DNA of 64,000 nucleotides from Bigelowiella natans CCMP2755 (taxonomy: Eukaryota; Protista; Cercozoa), in assembly GCA_000320545.1 (NCBI GenBank), contig ADNK01002342.1, positions 18,864-82,863 of the forward strand, read 5' to 3'. Below, piece by piece: positions 1 to 13,952 of this stretch; position 1 is the first letter of the stretch, and each line of letters begins with the position of its first letter. The notes beneath the pieces were generated by a model, which was given only the letters and a program-made list of their open reading frames with translations, did no database searches and was not told where the DNA came from. The position numbers and the translations under genes are program-made.

Positions 1-2877
1 CACCAAAACCAGCACCACCGCCATCACCAAGACAGCGGTGGCTGCTGCTCCTAAAGACTCGAAGGGAGTGCGCCAGCTTTCTGCCAGTGCCCACTCCCGT
101 CTCCTGAGCAAGTCATCCATCCCGTTCGTCGTTACCGGCATCGTGGCCAACTCTCAGGCCCCATACCTCGCGGTGTACGGGGAGCAGCACTGCCACGTGC
201 TGCTCTATGACCCCAGGAAGGGATCCCGCGTCGATAGGATCGTTCTTGAGCTTGGCCTGGAGGAGTCGCAGCAGCAACAACAGTCGTCGCAGCAGACGCA
301 TCATCAGCGCCATTACCAGCAGCTTCAGACGAAGTCGGTGATAGTGGACGTGTCCTGGCTGCCCTACTCCGACAGCCGCCTCGCCATCTGCACCAACAAG
401 TTCGTACGAATCTTCGATCTCGCGACAGACGTGTGGAGCCCCGCAATCGGGATAACGTCCCACGAGATCTTAGCTCAGAGCCGAAGAAGGAAGATGGAAG
501 AGGCCGAGGCCAAGGCGGCGACAGCCTCCGCGGTCGGTGCTGGGGGAAAGGAAGATTCTCTCCACGAGACCAAGTTTCGGGAGCAGGACATCTCGGAGAT
601 CGCCTACGCCTACAACCACAGCGACCAGATGTATTCGGCGTTCGTGCTACTGACAGACGGGGTGATATACTCGGTGCGAGTGTCGCTTTCCGAACAGGCC
701 AAGATGGACATCAGCGCCTGCGCCGAGCTGCTGATGAAACCTGCCGTCCTACAGAAGGCCTCCGTGTCGTCGATCTACTTCTCCGAGACGCTGCAGCGGC
801 TGTTCGTTTCCTACAACGGAACGTCAGCAATGTCGGCTGGCAGCAGCGCTGGTGGTGTAGGGGTCGGAAGTGGAGCCGCCTCCGGGACGACGAGCATGCT
901 TGGTTCATATGCAATGAGGCTCGACGGGGCGCACTTGCAGTGCGTGGAGTCGTTGAGGCTCAAGGTGGCGGCAGGTTACCATCTCACTTCGTGGACGGAT
1001 GTCAGCGGGGAGCACGACCTGATCGCATGCGTCGCTTACCGACGCAGCAGCATCGTCGCCTCGCACCTCGACGATGTTCCGCAGATTGCCGTCTTCCAAC
1101 TCTCACCATTCTCGACGGCGGCGGCAGCAGCAGGAGCTACAGCCGCCAAAATGCGCGTGTACGACCTGCCCACTCACAATCGCATCCGCGGCCTGGTGGA
1201 CGCGACATGTGTCTCCCTCATCTCTACCACCACCACCACCACTCCCCCCCCCTCCTCCTCCTCCTCCTCGCAGCAGCAGCAGCACCGGCAGCGGCAGCCA
1301 AACAGACCGACTTTCTCAGATCTGCACAGGGCTGGCTCGCATGAGTTGTGCGAACTAGGCAGAAGCGGTGAGGGAAGAGTGGGGCCAAAGCGAGTGCTGC
1401 TGCCGATCTCTACGATCCAAACGCAGCTTGAGCCTTCCCTCGCCGTGCTGCAATCCAACGGCTCCCTCCACCACCTGGTTATCGGGGGGAAAGGCACCGC
1501 CAAGCTCGCCCCTCCCTCATCAAGGGCGAACGCATCGAATGCGGGCAGTGTGGTCAAACGCGAAGGCGAAAGAGGAGAAGAAGGAATAAGGTTGATCAAG
1601 ATGAGGCTTAGCAACAGCTCTGCGGCTGCAGCATCCACTGTTCCTCTATATCAGGCCGCCATTGACACCGCTGCACGCTCCTCAACTACACTTGGTGGCA
1701 ACAATGGTGATGCCTCCCCTCCCCCGCTGCCTTCCCATTATCCCGACTTTTTTGCTAAGCTGAGGAAGGAGCTAATGGCCGCCGCTGCTGCCACCGCTAG
1801 GAGAACAATGGCGGCGAGACGGATGCAGAAGCTTAGCAAGAGGACGAATAGCGACCACTACTTTCTGTCTTCGTCGTCCTCCTTATCTCCTTATTCCTCT
1901 GCCGCTTCTGCGCTGTTTTTCAGCTCCCTCGACGGAGCTACACGTGCGGGCTACGAAGTCAAGTACCCTGCCGCTGCTAGTGACGTTGACGAGGACGTGT
2001 CGTCGATGATGGTGAAGATCGCCGACAAGCAAGGGGAGGTGCTCCGAACCCACAGAGACATCGAAGTCGTCCATGTGCACGTCAAGCCTGCAAAGAGAAG
2101 AAAGAAGAAGGCGGCAAAGAGGAAGAGCGAGAAAGCCAAGAAGAAGAAGAAGAGGAGGAGGACCAAGAGGGCCTCGATGTCGGCATTGGTGACGCCGAGT
2201 GAGGCGGGGGCGAATCAAGGCGAAGATGATGATGAAGAGGAGGACAGTTACGAGCAGGATGAGAAGCAGCAAGCTGAGCCCGTCTTCGTCGTACGAGTGC
2301 GTATAAAGACCGGCCGATACAGCCGGGGTAGCATTGTCATCTCAGCTCCTCCGAAGGGCGTTGCTAGTGGTCAAGTTGGCGATGACGATGAGGATGACGA
2401 TGACAACTACGACGACGACAAAGACGATGATAAGATGAATGTGGAGCGGGTTCGGAGCGAGGTCTCGTCGGCCACCTCCTCCCCCGTCCCTGGTCATCTG
2501 AGTGTCGGAGGTCCGATCGCCCCCGGCGTCTGGCACAGTTTCACACTCTCTGAAGAGCTCAGCCGGCGCTTGAGCTCCCCCGGTGCTCGCAAAGGGGGGA
2601 ATGTCTTCACCCTTACGCTGCAGAGGAGTAGCTCTTCAGGACCGGGAGCTGCTCCATCGTCGTCACATGCGATGGTTATTGAAGCGCTTGAGGTGTACAC
2701 GAAGCCACAGAAAGAGTTCTTGAAGAGCGTTGAGGGAGGCGGTGAGAAGGAAGGAACAATGGCTGCTCAGGAAGAAGAAGAGGAGGAGGAAGCGGAGGAG
2801 GAGGAGGAACCGCTTGCGACGAAGAAGAGCAAGAAAAGGAGAAAACGGAAGAAGAAGAAAAGACGGGCAGAAAAGCA

Positions 2878-2914
<37 letters not shown>

Positions 2915-5900
2915 CAGATGAGGGACTTGATCATCCCCCCATTCCTCCAGCCGGAATTCTTCCCATCATCATCTTCCTCCTCCTCATCCACCTCGTCCCG
3001 CAGGGCGAAGATGGAAAACATACTATCATGCACTTTCTCGCTGATTCACGCGGTCTGGCCCGTGATATCAGGAGAAGGCAGGCACGCTACTCCCAACTCC
3101 CCCCCCCCCCTCCACGCAGGCGAGTTCAGGGAGCAACTGACGGAGGCGATATGTCCCCTGCTAGTCCCTGTCCCTTGGGATCCCGACCCATCAGGCGTAC
3201 TGGCAGGAGACGACGAGCGAGAAGCCGAGAGGATGAAGAAGAATATCAGCAAAGGCGGCGGTAACAGCGACAGCAAGCAAGCAGGATACGCTGGCACCTC
3301 CACAACAGCTGGTGGTGCTGCTGCAATTGGTGGCGGCGGAGGGGGAGGAGAGAGTGGGCTTTACCGCGAACTCTATTCCGAGCCTTTTCGCACAGCCATG
3401 TACGGAGCAATAGCCTCTTACCAAATGGAGAGCAGCCCTCATGAGTCACCTCCTCCCTTCCCTTACTCTCGCCGATCAGCCTCCCGTTCCCATTCCCGCT
3501 CTTCATCGCACTCCTCCCTCAGCGCACATTCGCGCTCACCATCAAACTCGCCCTCAAGGCAGCAGCGCCAGCAGCAGCAACAACAACAACAACAACAGCA
3601 CGGGGCTGCAATTGCGACCTTGGGCATTGCACCAGCATTTCTTAGAAGGGAAAATGTCGGCAGCACCGAGAAGAAAAGTAGTAGCTCAATGCTCCATCGG
3701 CGGAGGTCATCATCATTATCCTCTTCGCTGTCGACCTGCCCGCCTTCGTCACTGTCACCACAGGCTGTCATGATAGAGGACAATGGGGGCCATAATCGTG
3801 CTTCCATTCTCTCAGGCGCGTTGCAGATGGCGGCACGGAAGGTGCTGGCATCGATGTATTCCCCCTCCTCTCCCCCCTCCGTTTCCTCCAAGAAGGACGG
3901 TGGCTTCAGGAAGAACGACGGCGCCTCCTCCGCCACCATCTCCTTCGTGTTCGATCGCTACATCCTGAGCAGTTTCAGGCGCATGCTCAGCGCAACCAGA
4001 GAGTTGGAGCTTATGAAGAAGGGGGCGACTACTGCGACAGCAGCACATCCCTGGCTATCCTCCTTTACCTCGTCCTCGTCCTCATCCTCCTCCTCCCCAC
4101 CGGTTTCCATGTCCATGCATGAATTCACAGTCCCGAGGATGATATCCAGCGTCGAGATCCTCGCGCACATTATCCGCGAGCGGCCGCGCCACTTCGCGCG
4201 CTACGTGAAGGCGAATCCGGGATTCATCGGCTCTTTCCTCGATAGCTTCGGGCCGATCATGCTGCAGAAGAACATCACCCTAGCTCACAGATACTCGAAG
4301 GCCATCACTCTGGGGTACTCTGCTTGTTTCGTCGCTGCGGTGGATCTATGGCAAAGAGAAGCGGCAGCAGCAGCAGCAGCAACAACAACAACAACAACAA
4401 CAACAACAAACGCATCCCAGAGTCTCAATGCGAGTGGGGACGCCAAAGCCCGCATCCCCCCCCCCCCCTCACTGCATGAGGTGGAGACCCTGTTGCGGCG
4501 GGTGACGCAGCTGGCCTACTTGTGCCTCTGTACTCGGGGCATCAGCGAAACCGTCAAGACCTCCCTCGTCGTCTCCTTACTTCAGCTGCTGCGGTCAAGC
4601 CACATCGAGAGCAGGACGAATGCACTGAGGAGCGGGCGGCGCCGTGGTTCCCTCCAGGAGGCGATCAACAAACTCAAGGCTCTCACCAGTGGGAAAAAAG
4701 GTGAGGGCGACGAGAATCTCTCATCTTCCTCCACCTCCTCCTCCTCCTCCTTCTCCGCTTCGATTTCTGGCGGTCGGCCCAGCGGTTCCAAGGCGAGGAA
4801 GAGAGCGCAGCAACTAGAAACCGTATTCGAGTCAAAGAAGAACGGGCCCCGCTCTCTTGGTCAGCAGCAGCACCGCCTCGCGCCACCGCCGCTGTTGACG
4901 GCCGTTCCTGGGGCAGCAGCAGCAAAGATGGTCGCCACTGGTACTGCTCCTCTCCTCCTCTCCTCCTCCTCTTCAGCTAGCGCAGCCGCCACCACCAAGG
5001 TGCACTACCGGTGCGATGAGTGTGGAAAGAGGATCACCGGGTGGCGGTGGCGGTGCTGCGAGGCGGACATCTGCGAGGACTTCGATCTGTGCCAGGAGTG
5101 CTACCCTCGCTCCTTAACGCTCAGCTTCGAGTCTTCCAACCACAACGCGGACCACATCATGCAGCGGATTCAGATCGCGCCGTCGTCGCCTCCGCCGGCC
5201 TCCCAGCAGCAGCGGAATTCCGAACCATTTGTTGTCCCGTCAGCGGCGGCAGCCTCTTCCTCCAGAGGGGGGGGGAGAGGAAAAGGAAAGGTAGAAAGAT
5301 GGAGGCAAGTCAGATGTGAGGCGAGGAAGATGGAGGCAAGGAAGGAGGAAATACAAGACGACGAATTTGACTGCGATGTCGACGACGACGACGAAGATGA
5401 AGCAAGAGAAAGAACGGGCCTTGCTTCCTCCATCTCCGCCGCCGTAGCTGCCGCTGCAGCAACAGCAGCCAGTGCCAATACCAATGCTTCCTCCGCCGGA
5501 CAGAGGGGCAGTGGGCGAAATCTTGAGCGTCGCCATCGCCCTCGGCAGTCGGGCCTTACCTTAGACGACACGCGAGGCAGAAGCAGCAGCAGGAGGATTG
5601 GAAGCATTGGCCATCCATTGACTTCCTTGTCAACCTCCGTCACGAAGACCGATAGTCTGGGCGCAGCTTCTACTGGGGCGGGGGCGTCTTCCCCAAAGAC
5701 TGGCGACTCCACCGCGGGTAGTGGGGCGATAATGAGCGAGAAAGAAATGATGATTATGCAGCTCTGCCAGCAGATCCTCGTGCCTCCTGGTGTCGTCGAC
5801 GAGAAGGCACAGCTGAAGATGGCGCAAGCGATTAGCCTAGGGAAAAAGGTACACATGGTGGTCGCCCAGCCTGCTCCCTCGTCTCCGCTCGATAAGAGAA

Positions 5901-8900
5901 GAAGAAGCAGACAACTGGGTCGAGCGAGGAAGGACGTGAAGAGCACGATGCTTCACATCCTAGCGAAGATCCTGGCGACCGGCTTTCTCAGGCTCCCAGT
6001 CGTCGTCCCTCCTAAAAGTAACAACGACAACGGCGGCGTCGGCGATAACAAGCAACAGCGGGATTCTAGCTCCGAAAAGAAGATTAGGGACTCTGATGAG
6101 AAGATGATGGAGGTGGAGGAGTCCGCAAGCAAAATGGCAGGGTCAGCAGACAATAGTGTCCAGAACAATGCATCCCCAGCTTCCTCTCCCCCTCCCACCT
6201 CCCGCTCTGAGCGGAAGAGGAAAGAAGCGAAGTCGAAGAAGCCCCTCGCTCCGGAGCAGCAGCGCACAACGCGCAGCTCGTCGAGATCATCGCTTCCGAG
6301 ACCCGTGGCGACGGCAGCCCCCCCAAAGAAGCGCGCTAAGGGAGAAGAATCTCGCAGCAGCGACAGGAACGATGAGACTGCTGCCAAAATTGCGATCGAT
6401 GAAAAGCTGCAAGAATGGCTACGTCCAGAGGAGCTTTCGGATCAGCTGTTGCTCCAGAAGGAGTACTTCCGCCAGCCACCCCCACTCTCGCTGCTACAGC
6501 AGCACCCACTGGGGTTATCCCTCGCCTCTTCCTGCCAGGTCATGCTCTTCCTCCTGCGGGCCCCAGCTGCTGGCCAGGGTGATGATGAGGAGACCAGTCG
6601 GAGGAATACACACGTCATCACCGGAGCTGACTGGGAGGGGGGGGATGGCGGTGATGATGATGATGATGATGACCGGGATGCCGTTGGCGTAGTTCAGGTC
6701 AAAGATAAGCTTAAGATCATCGACGCACTGATTTCTTGCATTACGCGCTCGCACGAGATGGGCCTTACACAGTCAATGACCATCTACCTAGGTGTGCTCC
6801 GATCAGCGATGGACGCGCCGCTGTCGTCTTTATCCAAGAGCCACCGTAGCAGTGGCAGCAGCAGCAATAGTGCGGATGCGGCAGCGACGACGACGACGAC
6901 GACCACAAGGACGTTGTCGAATGGCGCGCCCTCTAAGCCAACGACAACAGGGCTGGCCTCCTCGTCGTTATCGGCGATCATGGCCAAGAAGTCCAGCAAT
7001 AAGAGTAGCAGTAGCTCTGGCGGCAAGAAAATCTTCGCCGCCGCCGCTAAGACCCCCTCCCTCTCTTCTTCGTTGTCGCGGCTGATGAGGATGTCGGTAG
7101 TCCCTGCTGCAGCAAAAGAGACGGCGGCGTCATCCACGGGGACAGGAGTAACTACCTGTAGGAAGAAGCAGCCTTCAAACAGCCGGAAAAAACAGTCGTC
7201 GTCGAGCCAGCCAGCCGCGAGCCCATTGCAGGATTGCGTTCGGGTTGAGATTTTCAGCGGCAGGGGCGGGGGGAGGAGCGCCGACAGCGTCAAGCGAGCC
7301 ATTTCGCACCATATCGTCCGCCACCACAGCGGCTTCGGCAAGATCCTCCACACTCTCATGGGGCAGTATGCACAAGAACTTATTCGGACGGACATGGCCG
7401 CGTCGCCACTCCAGCCGTCATCATTGGCATCGTCACAGCAGCAACAACAACAGCAGCAGCAGTCCTCACCGCTCGGCGGGAATAAAAGGAGGATGGCGGT
7501 GATGCTCATGCTGATGGTTGCAGATCCCTTCTTTAACTACGTCTCCGCGCCGCCGCTGCCATTTTCGAAAGAGAAACATTTCACTGCGCGGGTAGCGAAG
7601 CGATTCTGAGAAATAACACGGACTAGCCGTCGAGTAGGGAGAGTGAGTGCGTGAGAGAGAACGAGGGAAAGAATGCTACGTTATCGTCATTCCTTCCTCG
7701 TCTCCCGTCTTCTTTTTTTGGTTCCTTTCGTTCAAAAATTCTTCATGATACTGCAAATGCTCATAAAGTTTGTCTCCCCTCCTTGTTCCCCCTCCCCCCC
7801 CCTTCTCCTGCCACTCTTCTCTCCCTCTCTCTTTGCTCAGGCGTGGTCCAGTAAGATGAGACACGTGACTGCCATCGCATACACTATAATGAAAGCGAGT
7901 GTATCTGCAATCTCATCGCAGCAGCAGCGCCAGCGCCAACTCCACGGCGCGGCCGGGTCATCCGAGGCTGATATGGAGATCGAGCCTTCCTCCTCCTCCT
8001 CCTCGATGTCGGTCGCGGTCAACAAGACAGCCGCCACCAGTGGCGGACAGGATATGAGCCTGAAGCAACTGATCAAGGCATTCGTAGCCCCGCACAAGTC
8101 GTGGTGCAACATCCTCTGCAGCATCATTCAGTTCCACGGCGTCGACGAGACGATCCGTAAGACCTCGAAGCGCCTGCTGACTGTCATCAGTGGTAGCGAA
8201 CACATGCGGCACCAGTTGTACGATGCGCACCTCTACCGCACAGAGCTCAAGAGGCTTCGAGCTTACTTTGACGGCGGACAGGAGGCGGGAGGAGACCGCA
8301 GCGCCAGCGGCCCCTCCTCGCCATCATCCTCGAATGAAGCTCTCTCCCGCTGCCATCACATATCCTACACGCGCGCAGTGCTGATCGCGAGCTCGCTCAA
8401 CCGCATCTTCGTTGTGGCGAAGACGCGCGTGAATGGGTGGGTGGCCCACGTGCACAATTTTCCAGCAAGCCTGAAGTTCCTCTTCGAGATGGCCGTCAGG
8501 GTCAGCGCGCCCGCACACGACACCGCCTCGGGGCAGGTCGCAAAGATAACACTGGAGCTGCTATCGCTGGCCTCGGAGGCCGCCGCCGCTGCTCCGCACG
8601 AAAGCGATCCGAAGGAGATGCTGGAGGAAGCGGAGAGCAAGTCGCCGGGCACGACAACGATCCAAACCCTCATGACCCGTCGATCAAAGTCAGATCCGAT
8701 ATCTGGTAGTGGTGGTGGCGGTGCTGGTGCTGCTGCTGGGGGTGGTGCGACGACATCCAGCACAAGTGGAGCAGCAGCAGTGGCAGCGGCAGCGACGACA
8801 CTTACGATCAAGAGAAAGAGAAAGCCTAAAAATACTAGCGGGGGCGAGGGCTTCCCACTCGCTTCGCCCCAGCATACAATCTTCAAGGGGCAGAGGAGGG

Positions 8901-11900
8901 GGGTCGATCAAGCAGCCGCGGCGATGGCGATAGCGACATCGTCCGCCGCGGCGTCGTCGTCACCATCATCATCAAAACGAAAGAAAAGGAAGGAGTACAA
9001 ACTGGACATCGAGGACTTCTTGAGCGCGAGCCTCTCGTCCTTCGTGCAGGGCTATCTCCTCGATCACGAGTCCCTGAGCACAAGGAAGCAGGCGCGATCG
9101 TTCCTTTACCTCCTTCGCCACCACGCAACGGCCCCGCAGCTCGAGCGCCTGTTCAGGTACCTAACCGAATGGATCCCATTCCTGCCGTGGTACGGGGAGC
9201 GTGCCAGAGAGTTCCTGGAGCTGGTAATGATCGTGGTCGTTGAGTCGCGCAAGGCGTGCTCGATCTCCCCTGAGAGCATCTCGAAGAGCCTGGCCCAGCT
9301 GGTCGTGTGCTTCCGAAATCAAAACGAGAGCCTCAGCAACAACAGCATCGCCGCGCTCTACGCCGAGCTGGCCAAGCACATACGCCTCGAGCGGTACCTC
9401 CTGGACCACTCCCGCTGCCGGGTCTGCTGGCACGCGGCCAAGCCGCTCTCCATCTTGAAGCTCAAGAACATCTCCGCGGAGACGAAGTACACGTACGACA
9501 AGATGATCGTGAAGCTGGCCTCGAGCCACGTCATCCAGCAGCTTGCCGTCCGAATCGACGCCAACCAGCGCCACCAGGGCAGCAGCGCTACGAGCGGGCA
9601 ACAAGTGCTCTCGGTGAAGAGAATACGGCTCTACTTCAACGCGGAGAGCCACGCGGACCTCACTGCGGTAATGGATAAGCCCTCGGCGTGGACGCTGGCC
9701 AAGGAGGCGGTGTTGGCGAGGGGCCAGTCGGAGGTGAAGATCACGTGCCTGGTGCCGTTCCGTGCGAGCAACCTTATGGTCCACTTCGCAGAGTTCCACA
9801 AGAGTCCTGATGGCGGGCTCGAGATCCTTCGCTGCCCGCGCTGTAACACGACCGTCTTCAACAAGCATGGGCTCTGCCCCAACTGCCGCGAGAACGCGTA
9901 CCAGTGCCGACAGTGCCGAAACATCAACTACGAGCACCGCGAAGGCTTTCTCTGCAACGAGTGCGGCTACTGCCGGTTTGCTAAGTTCTACTACACGCTC
10001 TATGGCAAGGCGAGCCAGAGCGTTGTCGACATCAACAACGAGGCGGAGCGAAAGCAGGCGATGGACCTCATCCTCGCAAAGCAGGAGAAGCTGGACAGGA
10101 ACCTCGCCGATCTGCATGGCCATCGAAGACTTGTCGAATCCACCCTCGACTATTTGGGCCGGGAAAAGCGGGGGGGGGGGGCAAGCAGTAGTGGTGCTGC
10201 CACGGGAATGACGTCGAGCACGTCAGCTGCAGTGAACAGCGCGTCCAGTAACAGTGCCGATGAAAAGGCAGCTTCCTCAAAGGATACGAAGTCGTCGTTG
10301 CATCTGCTTAAAAACAAGGAACAGCTGTCAAGCTACTACGGGAAGGAGGTGAAGAACACCTTCGATGAGATCAGGCAACACTTCTCCGTGATCATGAACA
10401 TTCGCAAGCAGCTAGCGATGTTTATGGGCCGGCCGCGCGTCCCCCACAAGGGCGACCGGAGGCCAGTCTCTAGGTGCTACAAATGCTCGAAAAACTTTGT
10501 GAAGCTCGGCGTCGAGTTCTTCTGCAAGATGGAGGCCATGGCGGCGGACGACGACAAAAAAGTGGGGGATGGCCATACCATCGGTAAGCTCATCGTCGAG
10601 TCCGGGGGTGCTGTAGAACTCGCTCTCAACGCTGTCTCCTTCCGTGATACGACGATTAGCAGGGCTGCGGTGAGGTCGCTGTGCTCCCTCGTACGGCAGC
10701 GGACTGGCGCGTCGAGCTTTCTAGTGCCCATTCTGAGGAACAGGACCTTCTTCTGCATCAAGAACTACAATCTCCTGCGCGTCGAGGCGTCTCTCAGCAG
10801 CTATATCTCCCTCATATGTGAGCTCTGCGACGCGACCATGCAGAGGGAGGAGGCTGCGAGCCCGGGAAAGGTGCGAGACGACTGGGACAATATGATGTCG
10901 TTGATCATCGATGTTATTCTCTTCTCCCTGAAGTACATTCAGAACTTCCCGGCCCTCGCAAACCACGCGATCCTGCCCTGCCTCAAGATCGTTCGCACGG
11001 CCTGTAGCCTCTCCTCTTGGGGCGGCAGCGACGACTCTGATCCGAGCGGGAGCGGAGCCGGAGCGGGGGGGAACGACAAGCTGATGTCCTCCCCGCACCA
11101 CGACGGCAGGAAGAGGACGGGCCGCAAGCAGACGCTTACACCACAGTCGGATTCCGATTCGTCACTGTCGTCTATCCTGCACGCCCAAATTTCCTCGCGG
11201 CTCTCCAATTTCAGGCGGCAGACGAGGCGCCCGGGCATTATCTCCTCGATCGCGAGCAGCCGCTCGGGCAGGCGGCAGTATCTAACGCCTTCCTTGCGCC
11301 GCCTGCAGCCTCCACAGCACCGCCGTGGAGCGTCAAGTATCATGACACCCTCGCCAGCGCGCGAGAAGCCGCAGCGAGGCGAGACAGTGACGATGGTCTT
11401 AGGCAAATCGCACTCTTACCCTCTACCGCCGGTCGATACGTCGGGGAGCAGGCTGAACAACGTGCCCGACCTCAACCTCCCCGTCCAGCAGTTCTCGCTG
11501 CAGAAGGAGCGGATCGCCCAGATCATGCGGCTCATGAACCGCTCCTCGATGCCGGCAAAGTCCCTGCAGCTGTGGCTGAACTCCAAGCTCTCCTTCTCCA
11601 GATGGGCAAGCAGCTTCAGGAATGATGGGGATAAGGGCGGCGAGGAGAAGAAGAACCCCGCCGGGCTGCTTCAGCTATTCCCCTCGGTTCTCACGGCACC
11701 GAGAGGCAAAGAAGCCCGCGCGCTGAACGTCCTTCGCGCCGCGATGAGGAAGAGGTGGAAGAGAAGACACGGGCCACATCAGAAGAAAAATAGCCGTAGA
11801 GAGTACGCCTTTAGCGAGCTGAACTTCATGCTCCAGCTGCTGCTCTGCCCCAACTCCGAGCAGGTGCGCAAGGAGGCAGTGCGGCTAATCAGGCTGCTCA

Positions 11901-12523
11901 TCCAACGACCAATGGAGGACGCGTCGTCGCTTTCGTCGCCGCTCCTGTCCAGAAAGGCCCGGCACCAGCGCGGCACGTCTTCAAGCAGCAGTAGCAGCCG
12001 CAGCAGTGTTTCTGAGGAGAGCCTGGTCGTCATCCTGGATCACCTGCTGGAGCTACTACCCAGCATATCCACGCTATGCTCCGCTTCCTCCACCCAATCG
12101 GAACATCGCGACAAGCCTTACGACGACTACTTCAGCGGCGGCGGAGGCGACACTGTCGCCAGCCGCTTCGCATCCTCCTCCTCGGTTGACTACTTCCTCC
12201 TGTTTGATTCGCTTATAACGAGCGGCTCGGACGCGGACCGCCACCACTCAAGACGGGCCTATCTCGTGGTGCATGGCATCCTGCCCGTCCTCGTCGAGCA
12301 GGTGTCCAGGCAGATTGATGCTATTGTCTCCGTGGAGAACTCCTTCATCACAGAGCAGTACGATATGACGACGCTCCGGGGGCTGACGAAGATGCTGGTG
12401 GAATTCCTCGAGACCCCTGCGATTTGCCGCCAGTTCCGAAAGCTCCATCTCTCGCAGTCCGTTCTCAACGCCTTCCTCCAGGTATTGAATCCGCGGGTGA
12501 TTGTGATGATAATTATATTGATG

Positions 12524-12557
<34 letters not shown>

Positions 12558-13911
12558 CCATGTGCCAGTTCATTTGTGACTGTGATTCAAGTGGGGATAC
12601 AAGAAAAGGGGGTGGGGGGGGAGAATAATATTTGCTAAAACGCTTTTCATCATCTGACAGGTCCGCAGCCTGGTCGTACAACGAAGCAAGCTCTCCGACA
12701 AGTGCGCCACGAGCCTCCTCCAGGCCACGAAGAAGATCTTCTCGTCCGAGTCGGAGCAGGACGACATGAGCTCCATCATGAAGGCGTACGCGCGCGCGCT
12801 GGCGCAGAAGCACCTCGACAAGCGCACGTCTATCTTCATCCTCGACCAAATGTGCAACGTGGTGAAGCCGCAGCAGAAGGAGTGCCTGCTGATTCTCCGC
12901 AAGGCGCGCAGCCAGGAGGAGTACATCCGTGGGTCCATGACCAAGAACCCGTACTCCTCCAGCTGCTTCGATGGGCCGCTCATGTGCCACGTCAAGGACA
13001 AGATCTGCGCGGACGTGGGGCTTCCGAACGAGGCCAACATGATCGAGCTCCTCGTGAACGGCAAGATCATCAGCATGGACCTCCCCATCATCAAGACATA
13101 CGAAAAGGTGTGGAAGCCCTCCCTCATGGACCCCTCCGGCCCGATGGCGGTGGCGCTGGAGGTACTCGGAGACATGAGCATCAGCGGAGGAAGCGGTGGT
13201 GAGATGGTGATGATCGGCGGCGGCGGCGGCGGCCATTATCACCAGTGTGGCATCGACGAGGAAGGCGGGCTTTTCCTCGACATGGACGACCAGGCGGAAT
13301 GCCCGCTCCCCATGATCGTGACATATCGGCTCACCGGGCTCGATGGCGAGGCCACGGAGGACGTCGTCGACCACATCCCGGACGACGATAAGCAGAAGGA
13401 TCCGGAGCAGGAGTTCAAGGTTTGCGCCTCTTTACTGAACGACAACGAGGAGGATGTGGGCAACACCGGCGGCAGCAGAGGCAAAAGCAGCATTGGGCTG
13501 CTCGTCTCACAGTTCTCGCAGATCGTGAACTTCATGGACGACGTGGACCACCGGCTTGCGAACAGGCTGATTCAAATGCTTCAATACTGCTGCAAGCTGA
13601 GCGAACTCCGCAGATTCCTGCTGAGGATGCAGCACCCCAACGCCATCGCAATCATCCTCGAGAAGGTCACCGTGGCGCTCGACAGCACCCTAACCATCGA
13701 CATTGCCAGCAGCCTGCTTGGAATGCTTAGCATGATCTTCTCCGCGGCGGCCTCTTCTCCGGAATCGAATACTGCGACTACCCGACAAGAAGGGCAGCAG
13801 CGCGATGATGGAAATCTAGCTCTTACTACCGGAGACAGCAAGCAATCACTACAAAGCGATGGTGACATGCAAGTGGAAGAGAACGCAACGGAGAAGCCTG
13901 CTGCGAGCTCC

Positions 13912-13952
<41 letters not shown>
